From assembly GCA_017654855.1 (NCBI GenBank), contig CM030332.1, positions 3,162,001 to 3,226,000 on the forward strand: DNA of 64,000 bases, written 5' to 3'. Positions 50,501-64,000 of the stretch are shown piece after piece (position 1 is the stretch's first letter; each line of letters starts with the position of its first letter). The position numbers and the translations under genes were made by a program. The stretch comes from Podospora anserina. Lineage: Eukaryota. Below the pieces are notes generated by a model, which worked only from the letters and a program-made list of their open reading frames with translations, was not told the DNA's origin and did no database searches.

Positions 50501-51846
50501 GATGACAGAGATGATGGCTTTCCTCTTTCGATGTCATGAGAATTGCCGGTTGTTCATTCTTGCGTTCTTGAACACTCTTTAGTGGCTGTGTGGTTATCGT
50601 TATCACAAATATCTGGGGAAGGCAGTCGGTAGGGCAGGGTGTACGGTACCGAGCAAAGCCGCTACAGTACAACGGGCCCCAAGTTCTTCGATCTTGACCA
50701 TTGATTACGTTGCAAGCAACCCTCCCCCCCCAGGATGACCCATGTACCCACATGCTGTGCTCCGTTTATGAAACGGCCATCGAGTACATAAACGGTAACG
50801 TAGGGCCCATCAATCAGTCAAAGAGCTCGCAAGCATGGTCTCTTCTTGGGCATGCTTGAGAATCATCGTCTGGCCCGACTGGATGTTCCACTCGGCCGAG
50901 ACTCATGGGACTTGCTGCAAAGAGAATCCAAAGAGGGAGCCCCCAAGAGACGTCGGGGCAAGATGTGATGGCTAATCCAGTCTGGAGTAGCTTCGGCAGC
51001 TCCCAGGCACAGACGGCGGACGGCAGGCGATGTCGAATTTAAGGTTGGAGATCACGGATCCCAAGGCATTTCTTTTGCTCCCATCATGGCATCTCCCAGG
51101 CCCGTTGTAGAAGGAACTCCGGCGAGGCTGCGTCATTTCCGTAGGTACCGGCTTGGGACGCGGGGATGGCTTCTGCCAGGTGGCCGGCGACGGGAGCCAT
51201 GCCACAGGGCGCCAAGAACAACGTTTTTTTGCGGGCATCCTTCTTGAAAGCTTCCACGCAGGGGTCGTCACGGAAGGCCCCGCACCAGCAGCCGTATTCG
51301 GGATTGCCATCTGAACATCTGCTGAACACACCCCACGACACCCCATGTCTGAGATGCATGAATATGCGATTTCGCTATGAGCCGCCGTGATCGTCGACAT
51401 AATATGGCGATTGGGCCTTGGTGAAATGCATATGGCCGGCCGGACATTCCGCAGTTACAGGGAGGTGTCCAAGGAGATGGTTAGAAAATCATGTCATCGA
51501 GAGATTATAGAAGGCGGCATTCTCCGGCAACCAGCGGCTTGGATGCAGTCCCGAGCGGAAAAACGGTGCACCCGGCTCTTTCTTGATGGCTCGGTAGTTG
51601 GCCCCACCCTAACCTGGAACCTCCAGCGAACGCTCAGAGCAGGTCGTTGCCCCTCCTAAACCGGAGCATCCATCCATCGCCTGGAGTGCATGTCATCATT
51701 TCAAACAATTATCTACTTTGATAGAGCACACATCTCACTCAACAGTCACGGCACCTCAGATTCGTGGAAGCACGCCAACCGAATCTCGGCACATTAACGC
51801 CCAAGCAGCAAAACCCCTACCTAGGCCACGAAACCCCGCCTTCAAA

Positions 51847-52602
51847 ATGCGCGAAGTCGACAACGCCAACCCCTCCATCCTCAACGTCTCACAGCTTCCG
51901 AGCAGAAGTCGGAAAGTGACCACACCGAGGCAGGGACCGGACTCGAAATGCGACAACATTGTCTATTCTAAGCGTCCATGGCTGTGTGGGTCATCCTCAT
52001 CAGAGGATGAGGACCTCGAGGAGGAGTACGGCGAGGACCCTGTGGATGCCCAGGATATCTACGGTAAGCACCACACTCACCCCTCATTACTCATTGCTTT
52101 TCGCATTGCATATACATCGTTAGCTAGTTTCGATTTTCTCTGTTTGGTTTGAATGCACATCAATGCCGCTTTGATGCTCAGTGTTTAAAATAGATCGTGT
52201 TGGCGATCACGCGGCTGACGTTTCGCAGACCTTATTTCCCCAATATCAGACCCCGAACACCCTCATACTCTGGGGCAGCTCTCGGTGGTCCAACTACCTG
52301 ACATCCACCTGACTCCTCCGCCGGCTGAACGCCGAGGAGACAAACTGGTCACGGTCACTGTTGATCTGACACCTACCGTCAACCACTGCTCTCTTGCCAC
52401 TGTCATCGGTTTGGCAGTGCGGTACCGGCTGGAGCAGACCCTGCCGCCCAACTACCGCTTTGATGTGAGAATGAAGGATGGCTCTCATGCCCAGGACGAC
52501 CAAGTCAACAAGCAACTGGGTGACAAAGAGAGAGTCGCCGCGGCTCTGGAAAACGACACACTGAAAGGCATGCTCGACAAGATGCTCGAGACATGCGTGT
52601 AA
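51847..52602 (+). CDS. CIA2: CIA2/MIP18/FAM96B cytosolic Fe-S assembly factor
   Basis: DNANP, IYDLIS.ISDPEHPHTLGQLSVV, TPTVNHCSLATVIGLAVR, VNKQLGDKERVAAALEN. Intron 52064-52228. Confidence 0.93.
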
Positions 52603-55600
52603 CTTGATGTGGACAATTCAAGGTCTCACACTTGCTGATGCGACTATATATTTTGTCGTTTTACGCCATCGACTTGCTACATAGCAGGCCCTTCACCGAG
52701 GTCAACCTTCAGTCCAGCACAGGGGTGTGTCAGCACTGTCGGATTCAGACCCTGGATAGGCACACCCCTTCCCAGGTGCCTTGTTCGAAGCCCCTGTGCA
52801 CGTCGCTTGCGATTGGCGGGACAATCTCGGGCTTGTGATGCTCCTCCCCTCCTCCGCCTAGAGCCCGCCCACTCGGGACAGTTCCAGGTTCTCTCCTGCG
52901 AGTCTTCTTGCGGCCCGTGGGGGAGCAAATTGATGAAGTTTGAACCAGGGGTCAGCCGGCGAACTGGCTTTTCGACATCGACACAGATCGCCTCTTCCCG
53001 TCTTTGATATATGCAATACACAATGTCTGGATGACGGATAATATTCTCTTCATCATGTTCAATGTGCCAAACATGCTGTGCTCTTTCAAAAAGCCATTGC
53101 AGTTGCACCAACAAGCCACGCCCAGCAAACCCCACGCTGCGAATGAACTGCCCTTTCTAGAATCTCCATCCTTCAAGGCGCCCAGTTAGAGGCGTCTTCT
53201 GGTCCGTGGAATCAACTCAGGTCCAGCCACATCTTGTCACGCAAGCCGCATCACGCCATGTACCTCAGACCCTTGTCCCTCAGGTTGCTTGACTATTTTA
53301 CCGACTTGGTAGACGCGTGTGCGTCAATATATCTGTTTGCATTTCACTGGAGGGCAGCGGCGGCCAGAGTTACCTTGGGGGAGATTTCCCATGATCGGTT
53401 CCAAAGATTCCCACATCCCGAAGAAATGGTCCCCAAGATCCTAGTCTACCGGCGAACACCCTCCTTACAAGTGCTACCTATGTCCCACTTGTGGGAAACA
53501 GCCCTCATTGTGAATGAGACAGTTGCTGTTTCCTAAGAACAGGGCACCTCTTGACTTTAGGGCATCGGATGCACTGCTGTGTAGCAGGTGTTGACCTATT
53601 TACCTTCCCCTTACTCACACCGAAAGGATCATCTGCGGTGGATGCATGCTGGCTGGGGTGTTATCAAGATTTATATTCGCTCCTATTTTCTTGATTTTAG
53701 TTATCAAACCATTGCAACGACATAACTGCCGCCAACTATTTCCGTTTGGTCTAATGATACCGGATATCATAACGCGTCTACATACACTCCTGCCATCACA
53801 TGATTTTTGGAAAGGGAAGCAACTAACGTGCCTAAGCGCTAGATGTTTCGAAGAGAATGTGGACAAGACGCCCCGGTTTCTTTTTTTTTTCTCAAACATG
53901 CTCGGTTATTTTTCCTCCTCAAACGGTCCGGGTGGCAGGATTAACGGCCCGCCGTTGTGAGCCTTGGCTACAGAAGCGCTAGTTTCACGAAACTTATTAC
54001 AAATTCTCCTATCACAAAGCACAAATGGGAAATCCGCGCGCAATAAAGACGTGCGGTGGAGTTAGGGGGAGAGAGAGGCGGTCTGGATCGTGTCATTAAT
54101 TAACCCGGGGGAATTCTAGCAAGCAAGCTAACACTAGAGAACTAACTGACGTGTTCGGTACCAAAAAGAGTATCTTGTTCAGAATGGTAGCGAGGTGAAT
54201 GTATATCATTTTCACCTGTTGGAAAAACCCAAGCATGTGAATATCCCATTTCACCTTATCATCATCATCAACAAAAAAAGAAACAAGTTATCATCAGACG
54301 GACAGCTTGTCATCAGTCCGCAGCACATCCATGTCTCCCACGAAGGGCCCCATCTTGTCCACCATGTGCGTTGCAAGCGCCTAACAATGCAAAGGCACAC
54401 CGTTTTCTGTCTTTTTGTTTTTTGTTTTTTGCGAGATGGCCCCAATACAACGCTTAACAGTTGAGATATCCCGCAAAAAGGACTCCACAACAAACATAAC
54501 AAAAATCCTGCATATGTAAGGTATCTACGCCGGGGGAAGAATGCAACAAGGGGCTCCTCCTTCGGTAGAGTTTATCCCTTCCAACCCAACCCCTTCAGTG
54601 CTTTACATACCCACCTACCTATCTGGGCGGCGTACATAATCGACACAAACGAGGACCCCTGGGAGAGGGAAAATGCTACAGTGCACATAGACTCTGGCTG
54701 CAGGTAGGGGAGGGAGGTTATATGTCAGGGGGGGATGATGATGAACCTGAGTCAAGAGAGGACAGACAGTGGTAGTTTTCATGACGGGGGAAACATCATG
54801 GCGTCATATGGGGTTTGGGGTGCTCTGGAAGGGAGTGGATTGTACCTTGAATGAGCAGTAGCTACGTGGGCGTAAAGGGAAGGTCACGAAGAACATCAAT
54901 CATCACACCCACGAGTAGAAAGCGTATGTGCCTGACGGGATGGGATGGAAAACCTTCCTATGGCGTCATACTTCCCCTTCAACATTGACCAACTCTATCC
55001 GAGACAAAGCGAAAAACCGGGGAAGAAGCCTTTGGATGAGCATCCGAAGTTGGAAGGTGAGTAACACATCTACAGCGTGGGGGGTCTAAAACGCAAGAAT
55101 TATTCGCACAGCATAAGATGGCAGTAGCAATCAGACAACAACACAGTGGGCAAGTTATGTCAAGAGTACAGACCTGACTGCAACTCCCCGGTGGTACATT
55201 GGAACAAAAACGGCAGTTGAAACTATCATACAACCCCCTTCACATGTGTAAAACATGGGACATACAAAGCAATACGCCAGTTGAGTAAACATAAAAACCC
55301 CTCCCATGCATAAATTCTGGAATAGAAAGAGAAGCAGATATCCCACGATAAAGGGCCTGATAATGCGAATTGATAACCCGATGTAGTGTGTCTTGTTTAT
55401 AACAACACGAAACGAACAAGACAGACTCCTCGATGCTTAAGGTACCAAGAAACCGTAGATAGTAATTCAATATCTGCACCACAGCAAAGAAACCAGAACC
55501 AAACCCGAATGCAGTAGTTATGAAAGCTTGCTTACAAACCTCTCCCCCGGGAACCCGGCAGCCATGTGCACAGAAGAAGATAAAGCAACAAATAAATTAA

Positions 55601-56006
55601 TTGCCCTCCCACTTTCGTGCCTTGCATAACCGCCCGGAGACACTCGCCACACACATCCACAACAACACATCGAACCTCCACTCTCACATCAACCCCAAAG
55701 AAGATCTAGAACTATTCATAGGAGCAAAACCCCCGGAGAGGACCAACCTCCAACTACCGAGTTGTTTTAGTCGGATGCTCCGAGACAGACCAGCTGTGAG
55801 AGTTGGTGCAGCAACTGGCAGGCTTCAGACCTCGTAGAATCACCAGCAGAAATTCAAGTGATGATAACACTTCCTTCCCTCTAATTACTTTTCCCATTGT
55901 CAGGTCTCCATATACAGAGGTAGAACCACCCACAAAACACCGTAATACCTAATATAATACAACAATTCTAAACCTTGACCTAGACCAACCCTTCTCAAGG
56001 GGAATC

Positions 56007-59000
56007 TCAAGCCTCCCCCAAAGTCCCACTCCCCACCAAACTCTCATAAAACTCCCTCTCCAAAAACTTAGCCACACTCACATCCTCACTCAACCCCTTC
56101 CTCCTCCTAGTCTTGAGCACAAAATCCCTCGCCGTCGCCTGCGCGCTTGCCATCTGCAGCGGCCTCGTAACCTGCTCCTTGTCCAGCGGATCCCCCGGCA
56201 CCATATTCCACCGGTCAAACACCAAGCTCACCATCGCCTGCCCCGGCGTGTTGATCCTCAGATCCGTCTCAAACCCAAAACTATCAATCACCGGTATCAA
56301 CCCATTGACCCTATAAAGCGGCGTGCCCGCGATGGGCCCGTCCGACAAAACATGGCCCCTCCTCCTGGCCAAAATGTTGTACACCATCGACACCGAGTCC
56401 TGAGGTCCAGTCATCGAGACCGAGTAGAGCGGCTCCATCAGCCTGGGGGAGGCCATCAAAAAGGACGAGTAGCACGCCCTGCGGGCCGTGGGGATGATCT
56501 GGCCGCCGCCGCGGAAGATGGTTTCCTGCGCCAGGGCAACGTCGATGAGGCGGAACTTGGTGTTGCGGATTGCTGAGGAGATAACCAAATTAGCATGTGA
56601 AGGAAAGGGTTAGGGTCAATGACGGGAAACAAAGTATGAGGTTGCATGACTGTGCCATTGTCAAGCATGCAAGACTCCCAGCCCGGTGACCCCCCCCTTC
56701 CCGTCCCCCACAGATTCCTTCACTCCATACCTGCCGTTGTCAACAACAGGCGAGGCAAAGCAAAGCAAGGAACCCTCTGGGGAAGAAGCTCTCCATGTCC
56801 TGCCAGGGAGGCGTCCATAACATGCATGCATGCATTTCCATCCCCTCCGTGAAATTCTGATTTAAGCAGGTGGTCAAACCAGGCAAAGCCACACCCCCTC
56901 ATGCACGGCAACCCCCATGGGGTGGCCACCACAAAAATGATAGGTACGCTTGTACCCTTCTGCCTGCACTGCAGGAACATATGCACAAGAAGACCGGAAT
57001 GAAACAGAAAGGGTAGTAGTAACCGTATCGAAAAGGATTTCAAACTCACGTTCTTCGCATAGTGGGCCTTCTCGGGTGGCCCAAGCAAAACCCTGACGAA
57101 TCGACTCCTTCACCGTGGCTAATCGTTTCTTGTCGACCTGGAAAGAGAAAAAAAGATCTGTCAGTCTACTACTGGGTGGTGCGGTAAAAGGGGGGAGAAA
57201 AAGGCCCGATTTGGGCGATCCGGGGAAAAGCCTCGGCAAACTGGGGTGCCGGAGTGAATGACGCGGAGGAGGCGTGTTGCAATAATGACAGGAAAAAAAA
57301 GAAGAAAAACTCACCTCTCCTGGCAATGTGTCGTCTTGGAGAATATTCGGACCCATCTCTTCCGGTCCAAAGGCCCAGATGCTTCTGGCCGCCAAAAGGT
57401 CCCAGTCATACTTGTCGACGAAGAATTTGGCCGTCTTTCGAGGCGGGTCCCGTATCCTCACGGCCCCTGACTCGATGTCCTTTGCGATGCCATCATCTAA
57501 TGGCTCGGCCACCATGGTGATGGTGTTTTTCTTGTTTGGTGTGATGGCATAGCACTTGGTGGCTGACATGTCCTGTACCGTCTCGCAGAATCGGACGACG
57601 GGATCCGATACTCTGACCTCCATGTCGGCGTAGAGACGGCGCAAGTCGTGCAGCACACAATCCATGTAGAGTTCACCGGTTCCGAGAATGATGTGTTCGC
57701 CAGACTCCTCCACCTTCGTAGTCACCAAAGGATAGCTCTTGTTGATCTTTCGAATTCCGTCCAGCATCTTTGGCAGTTCCGATGGGTTGATGGGCTCCAC
57801 CGCAACCTTCAGAACAGACTCGGTCAGGTGAGTGAGAGGCTTGAAGATGTAGGCGTCTTCGTCATCCTCGAACTGCTTGGCGACAATCGTACCCGTCTTC
57901 ACGATCGAATTGTCAACGCCGCCCAGCAAGACCCAGTTCCCAGCAGGGACTCCATCGGTCGGGATATTGTATCGAGTTTCGGCAATGAAGACCTCGGTTA
58001 CTCTGGCCACGACCATGTCTTCCTCGTCGTCGATCGAGTAGCCCTCGCCCAATACCCGAACCTCGGTCCCTGGCTGAGCAATACCGCTCATCACTCTCCC
58101 AAAAGCATTGAAGCTCTTGGCATCAGCCGTGTTGAACAGCTTTGTGACATAGATGACCAGAGGTCCGTTTTGATCGCAAGCCTTCATCGACTCGGCAACT
58201 TTTGTGTCGAGAGGACCGGTGTAGTAGCGCTCGAGCTTCTTCTGGGCCGCCTCAGCTGGAGAAGGAATGTGCTCGCAGACCATATCAACGAACCCGGTCG
58301 ATGGCCCAAAGAACTGCTCGCAAACCAGCTTCAACAGAACCTTGGGATCGGTCTTGTACTGGGAAGGCTTGAGTTGGATGCCAAGCTTCGCAAGAGTACC
58401 CTTGAGATCCTCCGGGCTCTCACTAATAGTGTGAGAATAGATCTTGTAGATAGGCTCGAGAATGAAGTTGACAAAGGACCGCTTAGCACCTTCATCGACG
58501 GGTTTCCTTGTGAAGCTCCGTTTCCGTGGGTTGAAGTAGACATCACCCCATAACCGTTTAGCGAACTCCTCGACGTTGACGCCTCCGAAGCTGTCGGAGT
58601 ACATCTTGGCGAACGACTTCAGGGTAAAGCACCAGCCCATCGAAGTGCATGCAAACAGCACATTGCCTCTCTCTGGACTGACCCTCTTCGACTCGCCCTT
58701 GCCGGGGATCGTGTTCTCGATAACAGTGTTGACCTCTTCGATGACGTGCTTGAGCTTGTAGTAGGCGTCGTTGGGTGGCAGCTTCAGTTCAAGAACCAGG
58801 CGATCCATCTTGTTGACGATCAACGTGATCGGGATATCCTCGAGAACGGCATGTTTGATGATCTGCTCTGTGTTGACCTGAACGCCCTCCACCACATCCA
58901 CCACCAAGCAAACACCGTCCACCAGCCGAAACGCCGCGGCAACCTCATCGACGAAATCCACATGGCCCGGTGTGTCGATAATGTTGACGAGATGGGACTT

Positions 59001-59825
59001 GCCCTTGGTGTTGGGGAGAACCAAGCTCATGGGCGACGCCTTGATTGACAATCCTCTTTCCCGCTCGAGCACATGTACGTCGGTATATCTGAGTTGTTCG
59101 TCCCGCTTCTTCCCTGTCCTCTGTTCTAGCCTGTCGTTGATGTTGTGCGTCTCCAATACCAGCATATCCATAAACGCCGTCTTTCCGTGGTGCAGGTGTC
59201 CGGCCAGGGCGACATTTCGAATCTGTTCGGGATAGTTCATGAGATCGGTCATGAAACTGCGGTCAAAGAACACTGGTGGAAGGTCGGCCTCCTCGATGCT
59301 GAACTTCTTCTGCTCGACGGGGGCGATGATGGGCTGTGTTAGTGGTTGCGCATCCTCCTCCTGAACCATCGTCTCAACCCCCTCGCCATACACCTGGGCT
59401 GCCGTCGGATAGTACTGCTTGTCTTCGTGGAGGATCACGGCGTTGGATGGACCATCATCTGTAGCCAATATCAGCTTCCTTCCCTCGGCGCCTCCAAGCA
59501 CAACAACAGGCGAAGATGCTCACCGTCAATCTCCATCAATTCCTGGCCAGTGGCCTCTGGTGCCTCCTCAGGATAGTCATCGTAAGCGTAGTTGCCCGCA
59601 TCCACGCCATGTTCGGATTCTTCTTCGGAAGCCTCGGCCTCGCCGCTGTGAGTGTAGAGTTAGCATGGATCGAGTTGTGCCAGGCAATCGCAAGAGGCTG
59701 CGACTGGGATTGATTAATGAAGATGTAAACAGGGGACGGGGGGAATCGCAGAAGAGAAATCGGGGGTGAAAGTGAGAACAAACGTACATGAAGTTTCCAA
59801 ACTCGTCATAAAGATCGTCATCCAT
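56007..59825 (-). CDS. SNU114: U5 snRNP GTPase Snu114 (EFTUD2)
   Basis: [58 protein letters not shown]. Introns 59787-59646, 59523-59459, 57314-57138, 57049-56573. Confidence 0.97.
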
Positions 59826-60777
59826 TTTTGCTGAGGGTATCGGGGAGTTGGGGTTGAATTGGCTGGATTGAGGCTCGTCGCGTCGTCGCGAGCCTTCTCG
59901 CAGCACCAAGTCTCCAAAAATTAATGGTTGGCAGCGCACGAGCCAACTGCGCAGGCCAAGTCCCGGCAGGCAACTGTTTTGGAACGCTACTGTGCGAGGG
60001 CAGTGCTGGCATCAATTCTCACTGTACAACTGTTCAACTTCCAACTCAGCACTTGAAAAAGAAAGATACTTAAACAATATGCCCAAGATAAATTCAGCGA
60101 TTAGAGTCTGGATACGATCAGGACAACTCCCAGGTTCAACCTCCTTCGTGATGGGGTTGAACTGGACGTTTTATACTCTTATACATACATAACCCTGGTC
60201 TTGGCCTCACAATTCAGCATTGCCATCTACCTACGTACCGCCGTAGTCCAACTCACCCACAGCTCCGCTGATCGGATCAGAATCTTTATCAGATCTTTTG
60301 ATCAAGAAAGACAGGGAGGTCCCTGGCAGATCATGGCATGGTACCGCCGGCCAGCTGCAAGGGGCCAAGAACTTGTTGGAAACGAGCCTTTTTCATGCCA
60401 CCTCTGCTGCTCTGGTGCTCTGCCACGAGAACAATGGTAAGTAATCAGCCAAAACAATGATTCCGTGGTGATCTTTGTTGGGCTCCAAGTCGAGGCGGTG
60501 GCGGCCCGCGTAGCTCTCTCGAACAAGTCTAAGTGCATGCGAGGCAAATCAACGGCTCAGGAACCGTTGCCCCGCGGGGAGTCTTTCTCCAATTAAAATA
60601 TGGTGGGGAGTGGGAAGGGGGTCGAAGGGGGGTCCAGTTAGGCGGTGTGATCCATCTCATCAGTTCGCTGGGGAATTTCATAAAACAAAGCTTCCTCCCC
60701 CTCCTTATCACCGCCCCTCCTTTCTCGAAATTCTCCGAATTCTTCAGTTTTCCTAATCCCGAACACAGTCCTTCAAG

Positions 60778-62256
<1,479 letters not shown>

Positions 62257-62464
62257 GTGATGAAACCTTGGCTTGAAAGAGGAAGTGTGAATGTCTTTAT
62301 GGCTGGTTTGGGTCATTTGGCATAGGGAAAGGAAGGGGGTGTCACGGCGTTTAATAGCTCAGGCGGGGCTGCGAATACACAAAACACATTTAATAAGGGA
62401 TATGATCTGATTGAAAATGGTTGTGTTTTTCCTTCGGGGTTTTAGATCGGTAGCTTCTTCTTCT

Positions 62465-62493
62465 TCGTCGTCGTCGTCGTCGTCGTCGTCGTC
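62465..62493. repeat. (TCG)~9 trinucleotide repeat
   Basis: Tandem TCG between convergent 3' ends. Confidence 0.85.
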
Positions 62494-62672
62494 CTCAGTT
62501 GAGCAGCCTATCGCCAGGCCTAGCCTTTAATTTCTCGGCTCTTTAGCAGAGAGAGAAAGAGAGAGAGAGTGAGAGTCGAATAATACAAATCGTCGCTTCC
62601 AAACCATCTTACCACTTTCCAATCCCTAGTTGCTGTAACTCTTCGTATTATCTGTGAACTATTTCATCATGT

Positions 62673-63812
62673 CTACGTCGGCCTCCAAGACCGAATCGCC
62701 CCATCCTCACCCCCCGTGATAACCAACTGCTGCTCGTCATAAAAAACAAAACTCCTCACCAACTCCTGCCCGTGCGCCCCCGGCAGAGCAACCACGCTCT
62801 CCCTATCCAACCCCCACTGCCCGTTCCCTCCCTTGGCGAGATGAACGAGTTGAAACAGTTCTTGACTATATAGTTTTCCCACGTTAGCACACTCCCCATA
62901 CCTACAGCCCCAAGGTATGTACTTACTCCTGCGCCCCCACCCCAACAACCGCCCCATTATTACCCCCAAGTTTCGGGACCACATTCGCCAGATACTGACA
63001 CCCCACCGCCTCTCGTATATCCCCCATATCCAAGACTGCCGCCCCCTTTTCAATGGTGCCGTCCGACATGTCGTAGATGGCGAACTTTTCGTCGTGGGAG
63101 GCGGCGTAGATTTCAGAGGACTGATTGAGGAAGCCGGCGTGGTGGACGGAGCCGTGGTTGAAGGTTGTGATGACGAGGTCGTCTTCGTCGGTGATGAGGG
63201 TGTCGCTTATCGAGAGGAGGCCGTCGGTCGAGCCGGAGAGGAGGAGGTTGGGGGTTGTTGGGTGGAAGGTGAGTTCGGTTATGTCGTCGGAGTGGATTTC
63301 GGTGTAGGTGATCTTGGGGGAGGACGGAGAAGAGCGGAGGTCCCAGAGGAGGATGGAGGCTTGGTGGTTGGCTAGTTCGGTGCCGGCGGCGAGGGTGTGG
63401 GTGGGGTTGGAACAGGCTAGGGAGAGGATGGGGATGGGGTCGGTGTTGCCTTGTATATGGTTAGTGATATGTTTAGACGGGAGGAAGAAGGTGGGTGAGA
63501 GAGAGACTTACCTCGTATTTGCATGGCGGGTTTGATGGGATTTATCCTGAAATCCCAGATGGAGACGGTGCCATTCTCACCTGCGGTGCAGACTATCGAC
63601 TCGGCGGGATCGTATACTTTGGCACAGGTGAGGTTCCCATGATCGGTTGTGATTTGCTTGAGAGGGCCGGCGTTGAGTCTTGTGGGGTCGAAGAGACTGA
63701 GGGTTTGGTCTGAAGCAATGGCTGCGAGGCCGGCAGCTATGGGGAGAATTTCCAGAACATAAGTGTCTGGTTTGGGGTATTTGTAGCCGTCCACGGCCGT
63801 GAGTTGGTACAT
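62673..63812 (-). CDS. WD40-repeat protein, WDR89-like
   Basis: CTAGENGTVSIWD, TEIHSDDITEL.FHP, LLSGSTDGL, GAHGQELVRS, ITGGEDGAIRSW. 2 introns. Confidence 0.85.
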
Positions 63813-64000
63813 TTTGAGGTTGAGCTTTGTATCCGGGGTGCCTGTGAGCAGTGTATGTAAGTGAGTGAGACCAAAAAAGAAATTTAGTCAGGTTGCAAAA
63901 GCTTGGGTGAGAGGTTGTGTGAGAGTCCAATTTTCTGTTTGCAGAACCTACAAGATGAAAATATGTATTCAATGACCTTATTCTAACACGATATTCTCAA

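Noticed and set aside
37888..52602. Fe-S/metal gene cluster (SDH2, CHR transporter, CIA2)
   Set aside because: Interspersed with unrelated genes; no shared regulatory evidence.
52677..53536. ORF fragments downstream of CIA2
   Set aside because: No recognisable domain, start or splice structure.

Overview
Gene-dense, intron-containing chromosomal DNA from a filamentous ascomycete. Sordariales, probably Podospora-like, is inferred from short GT-AG introns with CTRAC branch points, G-rich gene 3' ends and the protein sequences. About 20 protein-coding genes can be supported. They encode a GH3 beta-glucosidase, a Cdc1-type phosphoesterase, uracil-DNA glycosylase, MesA/Msb1, a GH18 chitinase, a FAS1 protein, Sin3, SDH2, Sfr1/Mei5, a chromate-transporter-family protein, a Zn2Cys6 transcription factor, CIA2/MIP18, Snu114, Erg10 thiolase and a WD40 protein. 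There are also three tandem small Cys-rich secreted paralogues and two other secreted proteins. No transposon, CRISPR array, tRNA or rRNA was recognised. The strongest unexplained signals are: (i) a compact, structured, Pol III-like ncRNA candidate at about 41141-41270 (-); (ii) a candidate poison cassette exon in an oversized SNU114 intron; (iii) an AUG-less, mitochondrial-presequence-like extension of UNG1; (iv) an unannotated minus-strand spliced locus with long, hairpin-rich introns at 54.1-55.6 kb (possible snoRNA host); (v) the three-gene Cys-rich peptide family next to the chitinase. All calls were made by eye without database searches, and exon boundaries were inferred manually.
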